Of a stretch of 64,000 nucleotides of DNA, positions 45,590-55,564 are shown piece after piece. The position numbers and the translations under genes were made by a program. Source of the stretch: an uncultured Opitutales bacterium (GTDB taxonomy: Bacteria; Verrucomicrobiota; Verrucomicrobiia; Opitutales; Intestinicryptomonadaceae); contig CAKTTC010000001.1 in NCBI GenBank assembly GCA_934613645.1, positions 214,751 to 278,750 on the forward strand. The letters run 5' to 3'. Positions within the stretch are counted from its first letter, which is position 1. Each line of letters starts with the position of its first letter. The notes beneath the pieces were generated by a model, which made no database searches, was not told the origin of the DNA, and saw nothing but the letters and a program-made list of their open reading frames with translations.

Positions 45590-46675
45590 ATGAAAGACTC
45601 GGTAAAAGAACAGATAAAAGGACTCCCCGTATACGAAACGGGCAAGCCCATTGAATACGTTGCGCGCGAATTCGGGCTTGATCCCGACGGCATTCTCAAA
45701 TTGGCTTCGAACGAAAACCCGCTGGGGGCTTCGCCCAAAGCCGTGGAGGCGGTAAGAAACAGCCTCGGGCACCTCAATCTCTACCCCGACGGCGGCTGCT
45801 ACGAGCTTCGCCAAAAAGTCGCCAAGTTCAGAAACGTCAACCCCGACCAGCTCGTTTTCGGGAACGGGTCGAACGAGCTTCTCGAGTTTGTGGCGCAGTG
45901 CTACGTAGGCGAAGGCGACGAAACCGTTTTCGGCGCGCAGTCTTTCATAGTCTACAAGCTGGCTACGATTTTCGCGGGCGGCAAGTGCGTCAGCGTGCCG
46001 ATGCCCAATCTGAAATACGACCTCGATATGCTGCGCGACGCCGTTAGCGACAAAACCAAAGTCGTGTTTATGACAAACCCGAACAACCCCACAGGCTGCG
46101 TGCTCAAGCAGGACGAAATCGTCAACTTCGTAAAGTCGCTGCCCGAACAGGTGCTCTTCTGCTTCGACGAAGCCTACGCGGAATTCGAAGACAAGGAAGT
46201 AGACCTGCGCCCGCTGATAGCCGAGGGCAGAAACGTTATCTGCCTGAGAACGTTCTCGAAAATCTACGGATTGGCGGGGCTGCGCGTGGGCTACTCATAC
46301 TCAAACTCCACAATAGCGGGCTATCTCAACCGCGCAAGAGAGCCGTTCAACGTCAACTCGCTTGCACAGGTTGCGGCAATGGCCGCGCTCGACGACGTTG
46401 AATTTGTGGAAAAGAGCCGCCGCGTCAACAAGGAGGGCAGAAAGCAATACGAAAAGGCGTTCCAAGAAATGGGCTTGGAATACTTCTCCGAAGGCGGAAA
46501 CTTCATTATGGTGAAGGTGTCCGACGCCCCCGCAAAATTCGTGCAAATGCAAAAGCGCGGCGTGATTGTGCGCCCGAACGTCGGCTACGGACTGCCCGAC
46601 TGGCTCAGAATAACAATCGGCACGCCCGAGCAGAACGCAAGGTGCATTGAGGAACTCGGCAGGACGCTGAAATAG
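45590..46675 (+). CDS. hisC: Histidinol-phosphate aminotransferase
   Basis: 361 aa. KLASNENPLGASP, NPNNPTG, and PLP-lysine region RTFSKIYGLAGLRVGY. Confidence 0.9.
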   Translation: MKDSVKEQIKGLPVYETGKPIEYVAREFGLDPDGILKLASNENPLGASPKAVEAVRNSLGHLNLYPDGGCYELRQKVAKFRNVNPDQLVFGNGSNELLEFVAQCYVGEGDETVFGAQSFIVYKLATIFAGGKCVSVPMPNLKYDLDMLRDAVSDKTKVVFMTNPNNPTGCVLKQDEIVNFVKSLPEQVLFCFDEAYAEFEDKEVDLRPLIAEGRNVICLRTFSKIYGLAGLRVGYSYSNSTIAGYLNRAREPFNVNSLAQVAAMAALDDVEFVEKSRRVNKEGRKQYEKAFQEMGLEYFSEGGNFIMVKVSDAPAKFVQMQKRGVIVRPNVGYGLPDWLRITIGTPEQNARCIEELGRTLK

Positions 46676-46676
46676 A

Positions 46677-47990
46677 ATGGGAAACTCGGTCTATGTGAAT
46701 GTCGCGTTGGCGACGGCGGGCATTGTTGCCGCCGCCGCGGCAAGCGGCTTTCTGACTATGTTTTCGTTCGCGGTGGCGTCGTATAAATACGCGTGGGCAA
46801 CGAAGTCGCCGAAAAATTCGGGCATTGACGCCACGGCAAAACGCCTGCTGTATTCGTCGGGAAAAATAGCTTCGATAGTGTTCTTGGCGAAACGCTTTGC
46901 GCTGCTGGTGTCGCTGGCGTGCTTGTTCTGCATATTTTCGGCGTGTGCCGACGCGTTCGAAAACGGCGGCGCAAAAGCCGCGGCGCAGGCCGCCGCGTTC
47001 GTTCCCGTGGGCGCGGTGTTTTTGTGGCTTCAATACGCAATGCTTGAAATGACCGCCATAAAAGTCGGCAAAAACTGCGCGGAGGCGGTGCTTGGAAAGT
47101 ATTCGCGCGCGTTCTATTCAATCTATATTCTGATGCTGCCGCTTTACTACCTTTCGAAGTGGGTAAACGGAAAAATATCGAAGCGGTTGAAGTTCAAAAA
47201 ACAGGTGGAATTCGAAAGCATAGACATTGAGCTTATGCTCTCGGCCAAAGACAACGAAGGCGGCGCAATTTCGCCCTACGCGGGCAAAATTGTCCGCAAC
47301 GCAGTCCGCCTGCGCGAGTTCGACGTAAGCGACGTTATGCTTCCCAGAAGCAAGGTTGACTACATCGACTTGGACAGCACCGCCGAAGAGAACCTCGAGC
47401 TTGTAAAGCACACGCGCCGCACGCGCTACCCAATCTGCAAAGGCAACCTCGACGACTGTTTCGGCTTCGTGCACATCAAAGACATTTTCGGCGGAAACGT
47501 CGCGCCCGAAAACATCGACTTCATGAAAATACGCCGCGATACAATGCGGTTGCGCGAAAGCGAAAACCTTGAATCGGCTCTGGCAAAAATGCTCAAATAC
47601 CGCCTGCAACTTGCGATTGTTGAGGACGAATTCGGCGGAGTCATAGGCGTGCTCACGCTCGACAACGCCCTTTCGGAGCTTGTCGGGCAAATCAGGGACG
47701 AATTTTCCGACGCCTCGCAGGAATCGGTCTGCAGGGTCGGCAAAAACAAATACAGAATAATGGGGTTTGCTAACCTCCGCAAAGTGGAGGATTTCCTCGA
47801 CGTGGATTTCGACTCCGACGAAGTTTCCACTTTCGGCGGGCTTATAACCTACAAACTCGGACGCTTCCCCGACAAGGGCGAGCGCGTCCATTTTCCCGAA
47901 CAGCACATGTGCGCCACAATAACGAAAGTCGACGCACGCGCGGTGGTGGAATGCGAAGTTTCAACGGAAGAAAAAGAAGACAACGAATAA
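46677..47990 (+). CDS. CNNM/HlyC/CorC-family transporter (DUF21-CBS pair-CorC_HlyC)
   Basis: 437 aa. N-terminal TM domain, CBS pair ([26 protein letters not shown]) and [31 protein letters not shown]. Confidence 0.82.
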   Translation: MGNSVYVNVALATAGIVAAAAASGFLTMFSFAVASYKYAWATKSPKNSGIDATAKRLLYSSGKIASIVFLAKRFALLVSLACLFCIFSACADAFENGGAKAAAQAAAFVPVGAVFLWLQYAMLEMTAIKVGKNCAEAVLGKYSRAFYSIYILMLPLYYLSKWVNGKISKRLKFKKQVEFESIDIELMLSAKDNEGGAISPYAGKIVRNAVRLREFDVSDVMLPRSKVDYIDLDSTAEENLELVKHTRRTRYPICKGNLDDCFGFVHIKDIFGGNVAPENIDFMKIRRDTMRLRESENLESALAKMLKYRLQLAIVEDEFGGVIGVLTLDNALSELVGQIRDEFSDASQESVCRVGKNKYRIMGFANLRKVEDFLDVDFDSDEVSTFGGLITYKLGRFPDKGERVHFPEQHMCATITKVDARAVVECEVSTEEKEDNE

Positions 47991-48001
47991 CCATAACGAC
48001 A

Positions 48002-50662
48002 ATGAATAAACTGGCTCTTGAAAAATTCACTTCTAAAAACAGCGGCAAAACGGGCTACATCTACAGCCTCAAAGCCCTGAAAAAAATGGGGTTTGACATA
48101 GACCGCCTGCCCGTGAGCATAAAAATAGTGCTCGAAAGCGTGTTGCGCAACTGCGACGGCCAAAGGGCTACCGAAGTCGACGTAAAGCGTCTGGCGGCGT
48201 GGAGCGCGGAAAAACCCGAAGACTACGAAGTCCCGTTCGTGGTATCGCGCATAGTTTTGCAGGACTTCACGGGAGTTCCGCTTTTGGTCGATTTGGCGGC
48301 AATGCGCGACGCCGCCGCAAAACAGGGTAAAGACCCGTCTTCGGTAGAACCGCTCGTTCCCGTCGACTTGGTTGTTGACCACTCCGTCCAGATGGACTAC
48401 GCGGGCACGCCCGACGCCTACCGCAAAAACCTCGACAAGGAGTTCGACCGCAACAAGGAACGCTACGAATTTTTGAAATGGGGGCAGCAGGCATTTAAAA
48501 CGTTCTCGGTTGTTCCCCCGTCCACGGGCATAATCCATCAGGTGAATATGGAATACCTCGCGCGCGTGGTCTTTGAAAGCAAGGCGGAAGACGGCTCGGC
48601 GTTGTTCTACCCCGACACGCTCGTGGGAACCGACTCCCACACGACAATGATTAACGGGCTCGGCGTTGTGGGCTGGGGCGTCGGCGGAATAGAGGCCGAA
48701 GCGGGAATGCTCGGGCAGCCCGTCTACTTCAAAGTGCCCGAAGTTGTGGGCGTGCACGTTTCGGGCAAGGTCGAAGAGGGCGTTACGGCGACCGACATCG
48801 CCCTGCACGTTACAAAAATGCTGCGCGAAGAAAAAGTCGTGGGCAAGTTCGTGGAATTTTTCGGCGAAGGTGCGCGCGGGTTGTCGCTTGCCGACAGAAC
48901 GACAATCGCGAATATGGCTCCCGAATACGGCGCGACAATGGGCTACTTCCCCGTGGACGAAACCACGCTTGAATACCTCCGCCTGACGGGGCGCGACGAA
49001 AAGCAGATTGCCCTCGCCAAAGACTACTACACCGAACAGGGCATCTTCGGCATTCCGCTCAAGGGAGAATGCGACTACACCAAAACGCTGGAACTCGACC
49101 TCGGCACAGTCAAGCCCTGCATAGCAGGTCCGAAACGCCCGCAGGATAAAATAGAGCTTGCCGACGTAAAAAGCACGTTCGAAAAACTCGCCGCCGAGAC
49201 CTCCAAAAACGGGGGCGCAACCGCGAAAACGTCGAAAGGCGAACTCCGCGACGGAAGCGTGCTTATTGCCGCAATAACAAGCTGCACAAATACGTCGAAC
49301 CCCTCCGTTATGGTGGCGGCGGGTCTTGTCGCCAAAAAGGCGGCGGCGTTGGGAATCAAACCGCCCGCGTATGTAAAAACAACAATCGCCCCCGGTTCGC
49401 GCGTTGTAAGCGACTATCTCGAAGCGGCGGGGCTGCAAAAATGCCTCGACGAAATCGGCTTCAACCTCGCGGGCTACGGCTGCGCAACCTGCATAGGCAA
49501 CTCGGGCCCGATTGACGCCGAAATCACCGACGCCGTCAAGAAGAACGACCTGCTCTGCGCAAGCGTTCTTTCGGGCAACAGAAATTTCGAGGCGCGCGTC
49601 CACGCGCTGCTTAAAGCAAACTATTTGATGAGCCCGCCGCTCGTGGTGGCGTTCGCCCTCGCGGGAAGAGTCGACATCGACTTCGACAGAGAGCCGCTCG
49701 GCAAGACCGCCGACGGCAGGGACGTGTTCCTCGCCGACGTTTGGCCGTCTTCGAAGGAAGTGGCGGAAACTGTCGCGCAGTGCGTCAAAAGCGAAATGTT
49801 CAAAAACCGCTACGGCAACATAGAAGGCCCCGAACGCTGGAGGGAGATAAAAAGCTCCACGGGCAGCCTCTATAAGTGGAATCCCGACAGCACATACATT
49901 CAGAATCCGCCGTTCTTCGACGACTTCTCCATGTCCGCGCCCGAAACCGCGCCGCTTTCCAACCTGCGCGCGCTCGCAATTTTGGGCGATTCCGTAACGA
50001 CCGACCACATCTCCCCCGCAGGCTCTATCCTGCCCGATGGCCCGGCGGGCAAATACCTGCGCGAAAAGGGCGTGGAAGTAAAAGACTTCAACTCATACGG
50101 CTCGCGCAGAGGCAACGACAAAGTTATGACGCGCGGAACGTTCGCAAACGTCAGAATCAAGAACCTCATGGCAAACGGCGCGGAGGGCGGCTGGACGAAA
50201 ATCGACGGCAAGGGCGAAAACGTCGCAATCTTCGACGCCAGCCAAGAATACCGCAAGCGCGGCGAAGGCCTGATTGTCTTCGGCGGCAAAGACTACGGTA
50301 TGGGCTCTTCGCGCGACTGGGCTGCAAAGGGCACTGCCCTGCTGGGCGTGCGCGCGGTCGTGGCGAAATCCTACGAGAGAATCCACAGAAGCAACCTCAT
50401 CGGAATGGGCGTTCTGCCCTTCGAGTTCACAAACAGCGAAGACGCCCAGACGCTCGGGCTTACGGGAACGGAAACTTTTACGATAGAAGGTTTGGAAAAC
50501 GGCGTAGCCCCCGCAAAAGAGGCGGTTCTTGCTATAAAGTCCGAAGACGGCTCGGTCAAACGCGCCAAGCTGCTGCTTAGAATAGACACTCCCATAGAGG
50601 TGGAATATTACAAGCAGCGCGGAATACTGCCGTTCGTGCTCAAGAAAATCCTCGAAAAATAG
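48002..50662 (+). CDS. acnA: Aconitate hydratase A
   Basis: Trimmed to the ATG at 48002 ([23 protein letters not shown]). [65 protein letters not shown]. Confidence 0.93.
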   Translation: MNKLALEKFTSKNSGKTGYIYSLKALKKMGFDIDRLPVSIKIVLESVLRNCDGQRATEVDVKRLAAWSAEKPEDYEVPFVVSRIVLQDFTGVPLLVDLAAMRDAAAKQGKDPSSVEPLVPVDLVVDHSVQMDYAGTPDAYRKNLDKEFDRNKERYEFLKWGQQAFKTFSVVPPSTGIIHQVNMEYLARVVFESKAEDGSALFYPDTLVGTDSHTTMINGLGVVGWGVGGIEAEAGMLGQPVYFKVPEVVGVHVSGKVEEGVTATDIALHVTKMLREEKVVGKFVEFFGEGARGLSLADRTTIANMAPEYGATMGYFPVDETTLEYLRLTGRDEKQIALAKDYYTEQGIFGIPLKGECDYTKTLELDLGTVKPCIAGPKRPQDKIELADVKSTFEKLAAETSKNGGATAKTSKGELRDGSVLIAAITSCTNTSNPSVMVAAGLVAKKAAALGIKPPAYVKTTIAPGSRVVSDYLEAAGLQKCLDEIGFNLAGYGCATCIGNSGPIDAEITDAVKKNDLLCASVLSGNRNFEARVHALLKANYLMSPPLVVAFALAGRVDIDFDREPLGKTADGRDVFLADVWPSSKEVAETVAQCVKSEMFKNRYGNIEGPERWREIKSSTGSLYKWNPDSTYIQNPPFFDDFSMSAPETAPLSNLRALAILGDSVTTDHISPAGSILPDGPAGKYLREKGVEVKDFNSYGSRRGNDKVMTRGTFANVRIKNLMANGAEGGWTKIDGKGENVAIFDASQEYRKRGEGLIVFGGKDYGMGSSRDWAAKGTALLGVRAVVAKSYERIHRSNLIGMGVLPFEFTNSEDAQTLGLTGTETFTIEGLENGVAPAKEAVLAIKSEDGSVKRAKLLLRIDTPIEVEYYKQRGILPFVLKKILEK

Positions 50663-50665
50663 AGA

Positions 50666-51139
50666 ATGGGAAACGACATTCAATACCTCGTGCATATTGA
50701 AGACGACCGCGCCTTTCTGACGGTAATCGGCAAGGCGGGCTATCTGAACTGTATGCACGCGGGCGAGTTTTTCAAGACTGTCGCCGAAAAGGGCTGCAAA
50801 CATCTGGTTATCGACCTCAAACAGTGCACCGGCATGGACAGCACGTTTTTGGGGGCGATAACGGGCGTTGCGCTGAAACTCCGCAAAAACGGCGGAGAGG
50901 TCTCGCTGCTGAACCTCAACGAACGCAACGCGCAGGTGGTTGAAAACCTCGGCATAGACAGAATCGTCAAAATCGGCACGTCGGAATGCGGACACGGCGA
51001 AGACACCGAAATAGCAAACGGCGGCGTTTCGTCGGAGTCGATTCTCGCCGCGCACGAAAACCTCGTCGAAGCCGACTCGGAAAACCTCAAAAAATTCAAG
51101 GACGTAATATCGTTTTTGCGAAAGGAAACAGGCAAATAG
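50666..51139 (+). CDS. STAS-domain protein (anti-sigma-factor antagonist, RsbV/SpoIIAA-like) with a C-terminal extension
   Basis: 157 aa. LVIDLKQCTGMDSTFLGAITGVALKL (a conserved Ser is present) and VSLLNLNERNAQVVENLGIDRIV. Starts 3 nt after the acnA stop. Confidence 0.72.
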   Translation: MGNDIQYLVHIEDDRAFLTVIGKAGYLNCMHAGEFFKTVAEKGCKHLVIDLKQCTGMDSTFLGAITGVALKLRKNGGEVSLLNLNERNAQVVENLGIDRIVKIGTSECGHGEDTEIANGGVSSESILAAHENLVEADSENLKKFKDVISFLRKETGK

Positions 51140-51143
51140 GCGT

Positions 51144-52574
51144 ATGATTTCCCCGTATGTATTGGCGTTGATACTCTTGGTAATGCTGCTTGCGGCGTTG
51201 TTTCTGATTTTCAAAATAAAAATCGGAATGTATGCGCTGCAGGAAGACTACGAGAGGTCGAACGAGGAAAAGCAGATACTCATTGACTTCCTGCATATCA
51301 TAGCCGAAGACATCGCCAAAGGGGCGAACAAAAACGCCGTCTACAAGCGGCTCGTGCGCGGAACGGCGTTCAGCTGCGGCGCAATGAGCGCATGCGTGTT
51401 CGTGAAAACAAAGCGCGCGTTCGTGCCAGAGGCGGTAGAGGGACTGTTTCCGCCGCTCGCCAAAAAGCTCGAAAGGGGCGGTTTCCCGACGCGCAGCGAC
51501 TTCCTCGAAAAGGCGTTCCAAACGGAATCGCTGCCCCTCGACGAAGGCGTTATTGCCAATGTCTACAATTCGGGAAAGCCCCTCTACATAAGAAACGCCG
51601 AAAACGACCCCCGCATTGTCCGCAACAACGACGATTCCATAAAAATCCGCAGCTTCATAGCCGTTCCCATAACGTTCCTGGGCGTAAAATTCGGCGTTAT
51701 GGCGATAGTAAATTCGATAGCGGAAAAGTCGTTTTCGCCTACAATATTCTCGCTGGCGCGCTCGCTCGGCGAACAGGGGGGGCTTGCCCTCTACAACATA
51801 GACGGAATTTCGGCACAGATTGCGAAATCCAAAATGGAATCGGACTTGCGCCTTGCAAGCAGCGTCCAGCACTACCTTCTGCCCGCAAAACTCCCCGAGA
51901 CCGACAAACTCGCATTCGCCGTGAAATACCTGCCCCACCAGCTCATCGGCGGCGACTTCTACGATACCATACGGCTGCCCGACGGCAAAACGGGCGTTGT
52001 AATAGCCGACGTTTCGGGCAAGGGAGTGTCGGCGGCAATTCTGATGGCGGTGGCGCAGTCGAAACTGCACTACATAGCAAAAATGGGAATGTCGCCCTCG
52101 CAGACGCTGATTAAGCTGAACGCGGAAATTGTCCATTCAATGCGCACGGATATGTTCATAACAATAGCGTTTGCGGTAATCGACGCCGACGCCTCCAAAG
52201 TTGTGCTCGCGCGCGCGGGGCACGAACTGCCCATTCTCTACAAAGCCGCCGAAAACAGGTGCACAGAAATAAAAAGCCGCGGAATGGCAGTGGGTATGGT
52301 AGAACCCGAAATCTTCAACGAAGTAATAGAGGACGTGGAGTTCGAAATGCAAAGCGGCGACATTCTCGTGTTCTATACCGACGGCCTTACGGAAGCCGTA
52401 AACGCCGACGGCGAGGAATACTCGGCCGCGCGCGTAATGCAGAAAATAACGGAACTCAAGCCCGCCGACGTTGCGCAGCTTAACAACGCCGTTATCGGCG
52501 ACGTTTCGGGACGCTGGCGCGCGGGCACGCCATACGACGACGACCTCACCCTGCTTTCCGTAAAAAAGCTCTGA
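51144..52574 (+). CDS. PP2C-type serine phosphatase (SpoIIE/RsbU family) with N-terminal TM and GAF-like domain
   Basis: 476 aa. TM segment ISPYVLALILLVMLLAALFLIF. PP2C core SSVQHYLLP...IGGDFYD...VVIADVSGKGVSAAILMA...LVFYTDGLTEA...DDDLTLLSV. Confidence 0.85.
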   Translation: MISPYVLALILLVMLLAALFLIFKIKIGMYALQEDYERSNEEKQILIDFLHIIAEDIAKGANKNAVYKRLVRGTAFSCGAMSACVFVKTKRAFVPEAVEGLFPPLAKKLERGGFPTRSDFLEKAFQTESLPLDEGVIANVYNSGKPLYIRNAENDPRIVRNNDDSIKIRSFIAVPITFLGVKFGVMAIVNSIAEKSFSPTIFSLARSLGEQGGLALYNIDGISAQIAKSKMESDLRLASSVQHYLLPAKLPETDKLAFAVKYLPHQLIGGDFYDTIRLPDGKTGVVIADVSGKGVSAAILMAVAQSKLHYIAKMGMSPSQTLIKLNAEIVHSMRTDMFITIAFAVIDADASKVVLARAGHELPILYKAAENRCTEIKSRGMAVGMVEPEIFNEVIEDVEFEMQSGDILVFYTDGLTEAVNADGEEYSAARVMQKITELKPADVAQLNNAVIGDVSGRWRAGTPYDDDLTLLSVKKL

Positions 52575-52631
52575 AAAAATCGGATAATTTCAATTCACAC
52601 AATACAATAAACATCAACAAAAGATAATAAT

Positions 52632-52940
52632 ATGCCAGGAGTAGGAAAACTTCTCAAACAAGCGCAAAAAATGCAGAAGGCAATGGAGGCAGTCCAAGCC
52701 GAACTCGAAACGCTTTCGGTCGAAGGCTCGGCGGCGGGCGGCGCGGTTAAAGCCACAGTCAACGGACAGGGCGCGCTCAAAGCGGTGAAAATCGACCCCG
52801 AATTTCTCAAGGAAGACGTCGAAAGCGTAGAGGCGTCGATTGTCGCCGCAGTTGCCGACGCCGTCGAAAAGGCGAAAGCCCAAAGCACGGAACAGATGAG
52901 CAAAGTAACGGGCGGATTCAATATCCCCGGCCTGTTCTAA
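52632..52940 (+). CDS. ybaB: YbaB/EbfC-family nucleoid-associated protein
   Basis: 102 aa. LLKQAQKMQKAMEAVQAEL...EGSAAGGAVKATVNGQGALKAVKIDPEFL. Confidence 0.9.
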   Translation: MPGVGKLLKQAQKMQKAMEAVQAELETLSVEGSAAGGAVKATVNGQGALKAVKIDPEFLKEDVESVEASIVAAVADAVEKAKAQSTEQMSKVTGGFNIPGLF

Positions 52941-53005
52941 AACGCGCCAAAACAATTTTGCGCGCGGACACGGCGTTCACCGCCCGTCCGCGCACGCAAC
53001 CAAAG

Positions 53006-53038
53006 CCTCCCGAGAAAAACGCTCGGGAGGTTTTTTTT
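53006..53038 (+). terminator. Intrinsic terminator after ybaB
   Basis: CCTCCCGAG-AAAAACG-CTCGGGAGG (perfect 9-bp stem) followed by T8. Confidence 0.85.
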
Positions 53039-53101
53039 GGCGCGCAAAAAACGCCGAAAAGGGTTGCAATCAAAAAACGCTCGGGCAGAATCCGAAACAT
53101 A

Positions 53102-53698
53102 ATGAGCGAGTGTTTTGAACAGTTGAAAAAGTCGTTGAAAAAACTTCCGGGGTTCGGGCCGAAAAGCGCGGAAAATACCGCGCTGTATCTCGCCCTCGAA
53201 AACAAGGAGGCAGCCAAGTCTCTGGCGGCGGCAATAACGGCGGCAATAGAAAAAATCACCCCCTGCCCCGAGTGCGGCGGACTGTCGGAAAACGGCGAAA
53301 TATGCGCAATCTGCGCCGACGCTTCGCGCAATCCGTCGGCGGTGTGTGTCGTGGAAAAATCGCTCGACATAAACGCCGTTGAAAAGTCGGGAGCGTGGCG
53401 CGGACGCTACCACGTTGTGGGCGGCAAACTTTCGCCAATGCACAAAATCACGCCCGACAAACTCAACATAAAAAGCCTTGTGCAAAAGGTCGAAGCGGGG
53501 CAGATAACGGAAATAATGCTCGCGCTTTCAAACGACATCGAGGGCGAGGCAACATGCCACTACATTCAGGAAAAACTGCGCGATTTTCCCGAAGTGTCGC
53601 TGGCGCGCATCGGGTTCGGGCTGCCAAGCGGAAGCCAACTGTCTTTCGCGGATTCGAACACGATAAAAATAGCGATGAAATCGGGAAAAAGTTTTTGA
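53102..53698 (+). CDS. recR: Recombination protein RecR
   Basis: Trimmed to the ATG at 53102 (MSECFEQLKKSLKKLPGFGPKSAE, HhH). Zn finger CPECGGLSENGEICAIC. Toprim region VCVVEKSLDINAVE...IMLALSNDIEGE. Confidence 0.9.
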   Translation: MSECFEQLKKSLKKLPGFGPKSAENTALYLALENKEAAKSLAAAITAAIEKITPCPECGGLSENGEICAICADASRNPSAVCVVEKSLDINAVEKSGAWRGRYHVVGGKLSPMHKITPDKLNIKSLVQKVEAGQITEIMLALSNDIEGEATCHYIQEKLRDFPEVSLARIGFGLPSGSQLSFADSNTIKIAMKSGKSF

Positions 53699-53707
53699 TT
53701 TTTAGAC

Positions 53708-54682
53708 ATGAACTTAAGAAGCATAAAAAAAACAGCGGCAATAGCCGTTTTTGCGGGGGCGGCGGCGTGTGCAGTCGCGGAAACGCCGAAGACAGATATT
53801 TCGTATTCGGACTCGGCTATTCTGGGACTCGTGGAGGGCGTCACCGAATACCTGCCAGTGTCTTCAACGGGGCACTTGATAATTGCAAACGCGTTTTTGG
53901 GGCTTGACCGCGAAACGCCGCTTGCCGACAAAAACGGGCTTCCGCTTCTGGACGCCGACAACAAACAATACACAATAAAAACGCTCGCCGACGCGTATTC
54001 AATAGTAATCCAGTTCGGGGCGATAGCGGCGGTTGCGCTGCTTTACAGGCGGTATATGCTGATGATGTTGCTCGGGCTGCTCGGCAAAAATCCCGCGGGG
54101 CTGAAGCTGTTTGTCAATCTGGTGGCGGCGTTCGTCCCCGCGGCGGCGGTCGGGCTTCTGCTGCACAAGGCAATAGAAGCGCACCTGTTCGGCGTGCTGC
54201 CCGTTATCTGCGCGCTGGCGGCGGGCGCAGTCGTGATGTGGTTTGCGCAAAAGAAATACGATTCCGCAAAAAATTCGAAAAAAACGGAGATTGAAAACCT
54301 CTCCGTGCGACAGTCGCTCATTGTGGGCGTCTTCCAATGCGCGGCGTTGTTCCCGGGGACAAGCAGGTCAATGATGACGATTCTCGGCGGATACGTCGCG
54401 GGGCTTGACGCAAAAAATTCCGCCACGTTCAGTTTTCTTCTGGGGCTTGCAACGCTTACGGCGGCGTCGGCTTTCAAGCTATACAAAGACGGCGAGGCTA
54501 TGTTCGCCGCACTTTCGGCGGGGTCGCTCCTGCTCGGGCTTGCGGTGGCGTTCGTAAGCGCGGCGGTTGCGGTGAAGTGGCTTGTGGGCTTTATCACGCG
54601 CAGGGGGCTTGTTCCGTTCGCCGTCTACAGACTCGTTGTGGCCGCCGTTCTTGCGTATATGCTCTACGCCGATATGCTTTGA
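53708..54682 (+). CDS. uppP: Undecaprenyl-diphosphate phosphatase (BacA/UppP)
   Basis: GLVEGVTEYLPVSSTGHLIIA and QCAALFPGTSRSMMTILGG motifs. Has an N-terminal signal-like extension. Confidence 0.88.
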   Translation: MNLRSIKKTAAIAVFAGAAACAVAETPKTDISYSDSAILGLVEGVTEYLPVSSTGHLIIANAFLGLDRETPLADKNGLPLLDADNKQYTIKTLADAYSIVIQFGAIAAVALLYRRYMLMMLLGLLGKNPAGLKLFVNLVAAFVPAAAVGLLLHKAIEAHLFGVLPVICALAAGAVVMWFAQKKYDSAKNSKKTEIENLSVRQSLIVGVFQCAALFPGTSRSMMTILGGYVAGLDAKNSATFSFLLGLATLTAASAFKLYKDGEAMFAALSAGSLLLGLAVAFVSAAVAVKWLVGFITRRGLVPFAVYRLVVAAVLAYMLYADML

Positions 54683-54685
54683 TTT

Positions 54686-55564
54686 ATGATTGACGCGCAC
54701 ACGCATTTCTTCCCCGAAAACATCGCCCGAAACCCCGCCCGCTGGGCGTCGGAGCGCGGCGAAGAATATTGGGCGAAGCTTGTGGGCGAACGCCCCGACG
54801 GCAAACCATCGCTGCAGGGCTTCCCCGACGCGCAAAAGTTCGTCCGCGATATGGACGAAGCGGGCGTTGGGCGCGCCGTAATTCAGGGGTGGTATTGGCA
54901 GAACAACCGAACCTGCCGCGAGCTGAACGCGCGAATAGCGGAAGTGGTGCGGGGCAATCAGCAGCGTCTTTCGGCGTTCGCCGCCCTGCAGCCGAACTCA
55001 GCCGATGCGCTCGAAATTGCGGAGTCGGCGCGCGCAAACGGATTCTGCGGAATAGGCGAACTTCACGACGGCGTGCAAAACTTTTCGTTCGGCGGGAAAA
55101 TCTTCGAGAAAATTCTGGAAATAGCCGCGCGCGACAACCTCGCCGTGTGCCTGCACATAACCGAAAAGACCGACCGCCAATACCTCGGCAAGACCCCGAC
55201 CGACACTTTGGGCGCAATCTCCGTCGCCCGAAACCACCCCGAGGTGAATTTCATTTTCGCCCACTGGTGCGGCAATTCGGCTTTCGAAAACCCCGAACTT
55301 TTCGACGGGCTTGAAAACGCGTTTTTCGATTCCGCGGCAACCCAGTTTACCGCCCCGAAAACGGCTTTCGCCGACGCCGAAAAATCGCCCCTGCTCCGCG
55401 CCCGCGCCGTCTACGGAACCGACTACCCGCTGCGGCTTTATCCGCGCAAGTGCAGGCTCGAGGAAATGGCGAACGCGGCGGAATTTGCAAGGGGGCAAAT
55501 CGGCGCGGACTTCGCCAAAAATCTCTTTACAAACAATTTTTTAAAGGCTATAAAAACACTATGA
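54686..55564 (+). CDS. Amidohydrolase-family metal-dependent hydrolase (TIM barrel, amidohydrolase_2-like)
   Basis: MIDAHTHFFP at the N-terminus, later GIGELH, VCLHITE, and a C-terminal YGTDYPL. Confidence 0.65.
   Translation: MIDAHTHFFPENIARNPARWASERGEEYWAKLVGERPDGKPSLQGFPDAQKFVRDMDEAGVGRAVIQGWYWQNNRTCRELNARIAEVVRGNQQRLSAFAALQPNSADALEIAESARANGFCGIGELHDGVQNFSFGGKIFEKILEIAARDNLAVCLHITEKTDRQYLGKTPTDTLGAISVARNHPEVNFIFAHWCGNSAFENPELFDGLENAFFDSAATQFTAPKTAFADAEKSPLLRARAVYGTDYPLRLYPRKCRLEEMANAAEFARGQIGADFAKNLFTNNFLKAIKTL

Noticed and set aside
47849-50008. 719-aa ORF on the minus strand, the second-longest minus ORF in this half of the window
   Set aside because: It lies entirely antisense to acnA, which has unmistakable aconitase motifs. 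Its product is an R/A/G/V/F-rich low-complexity string with no motif. Long antisense ORFs are expected from the codon bias here.
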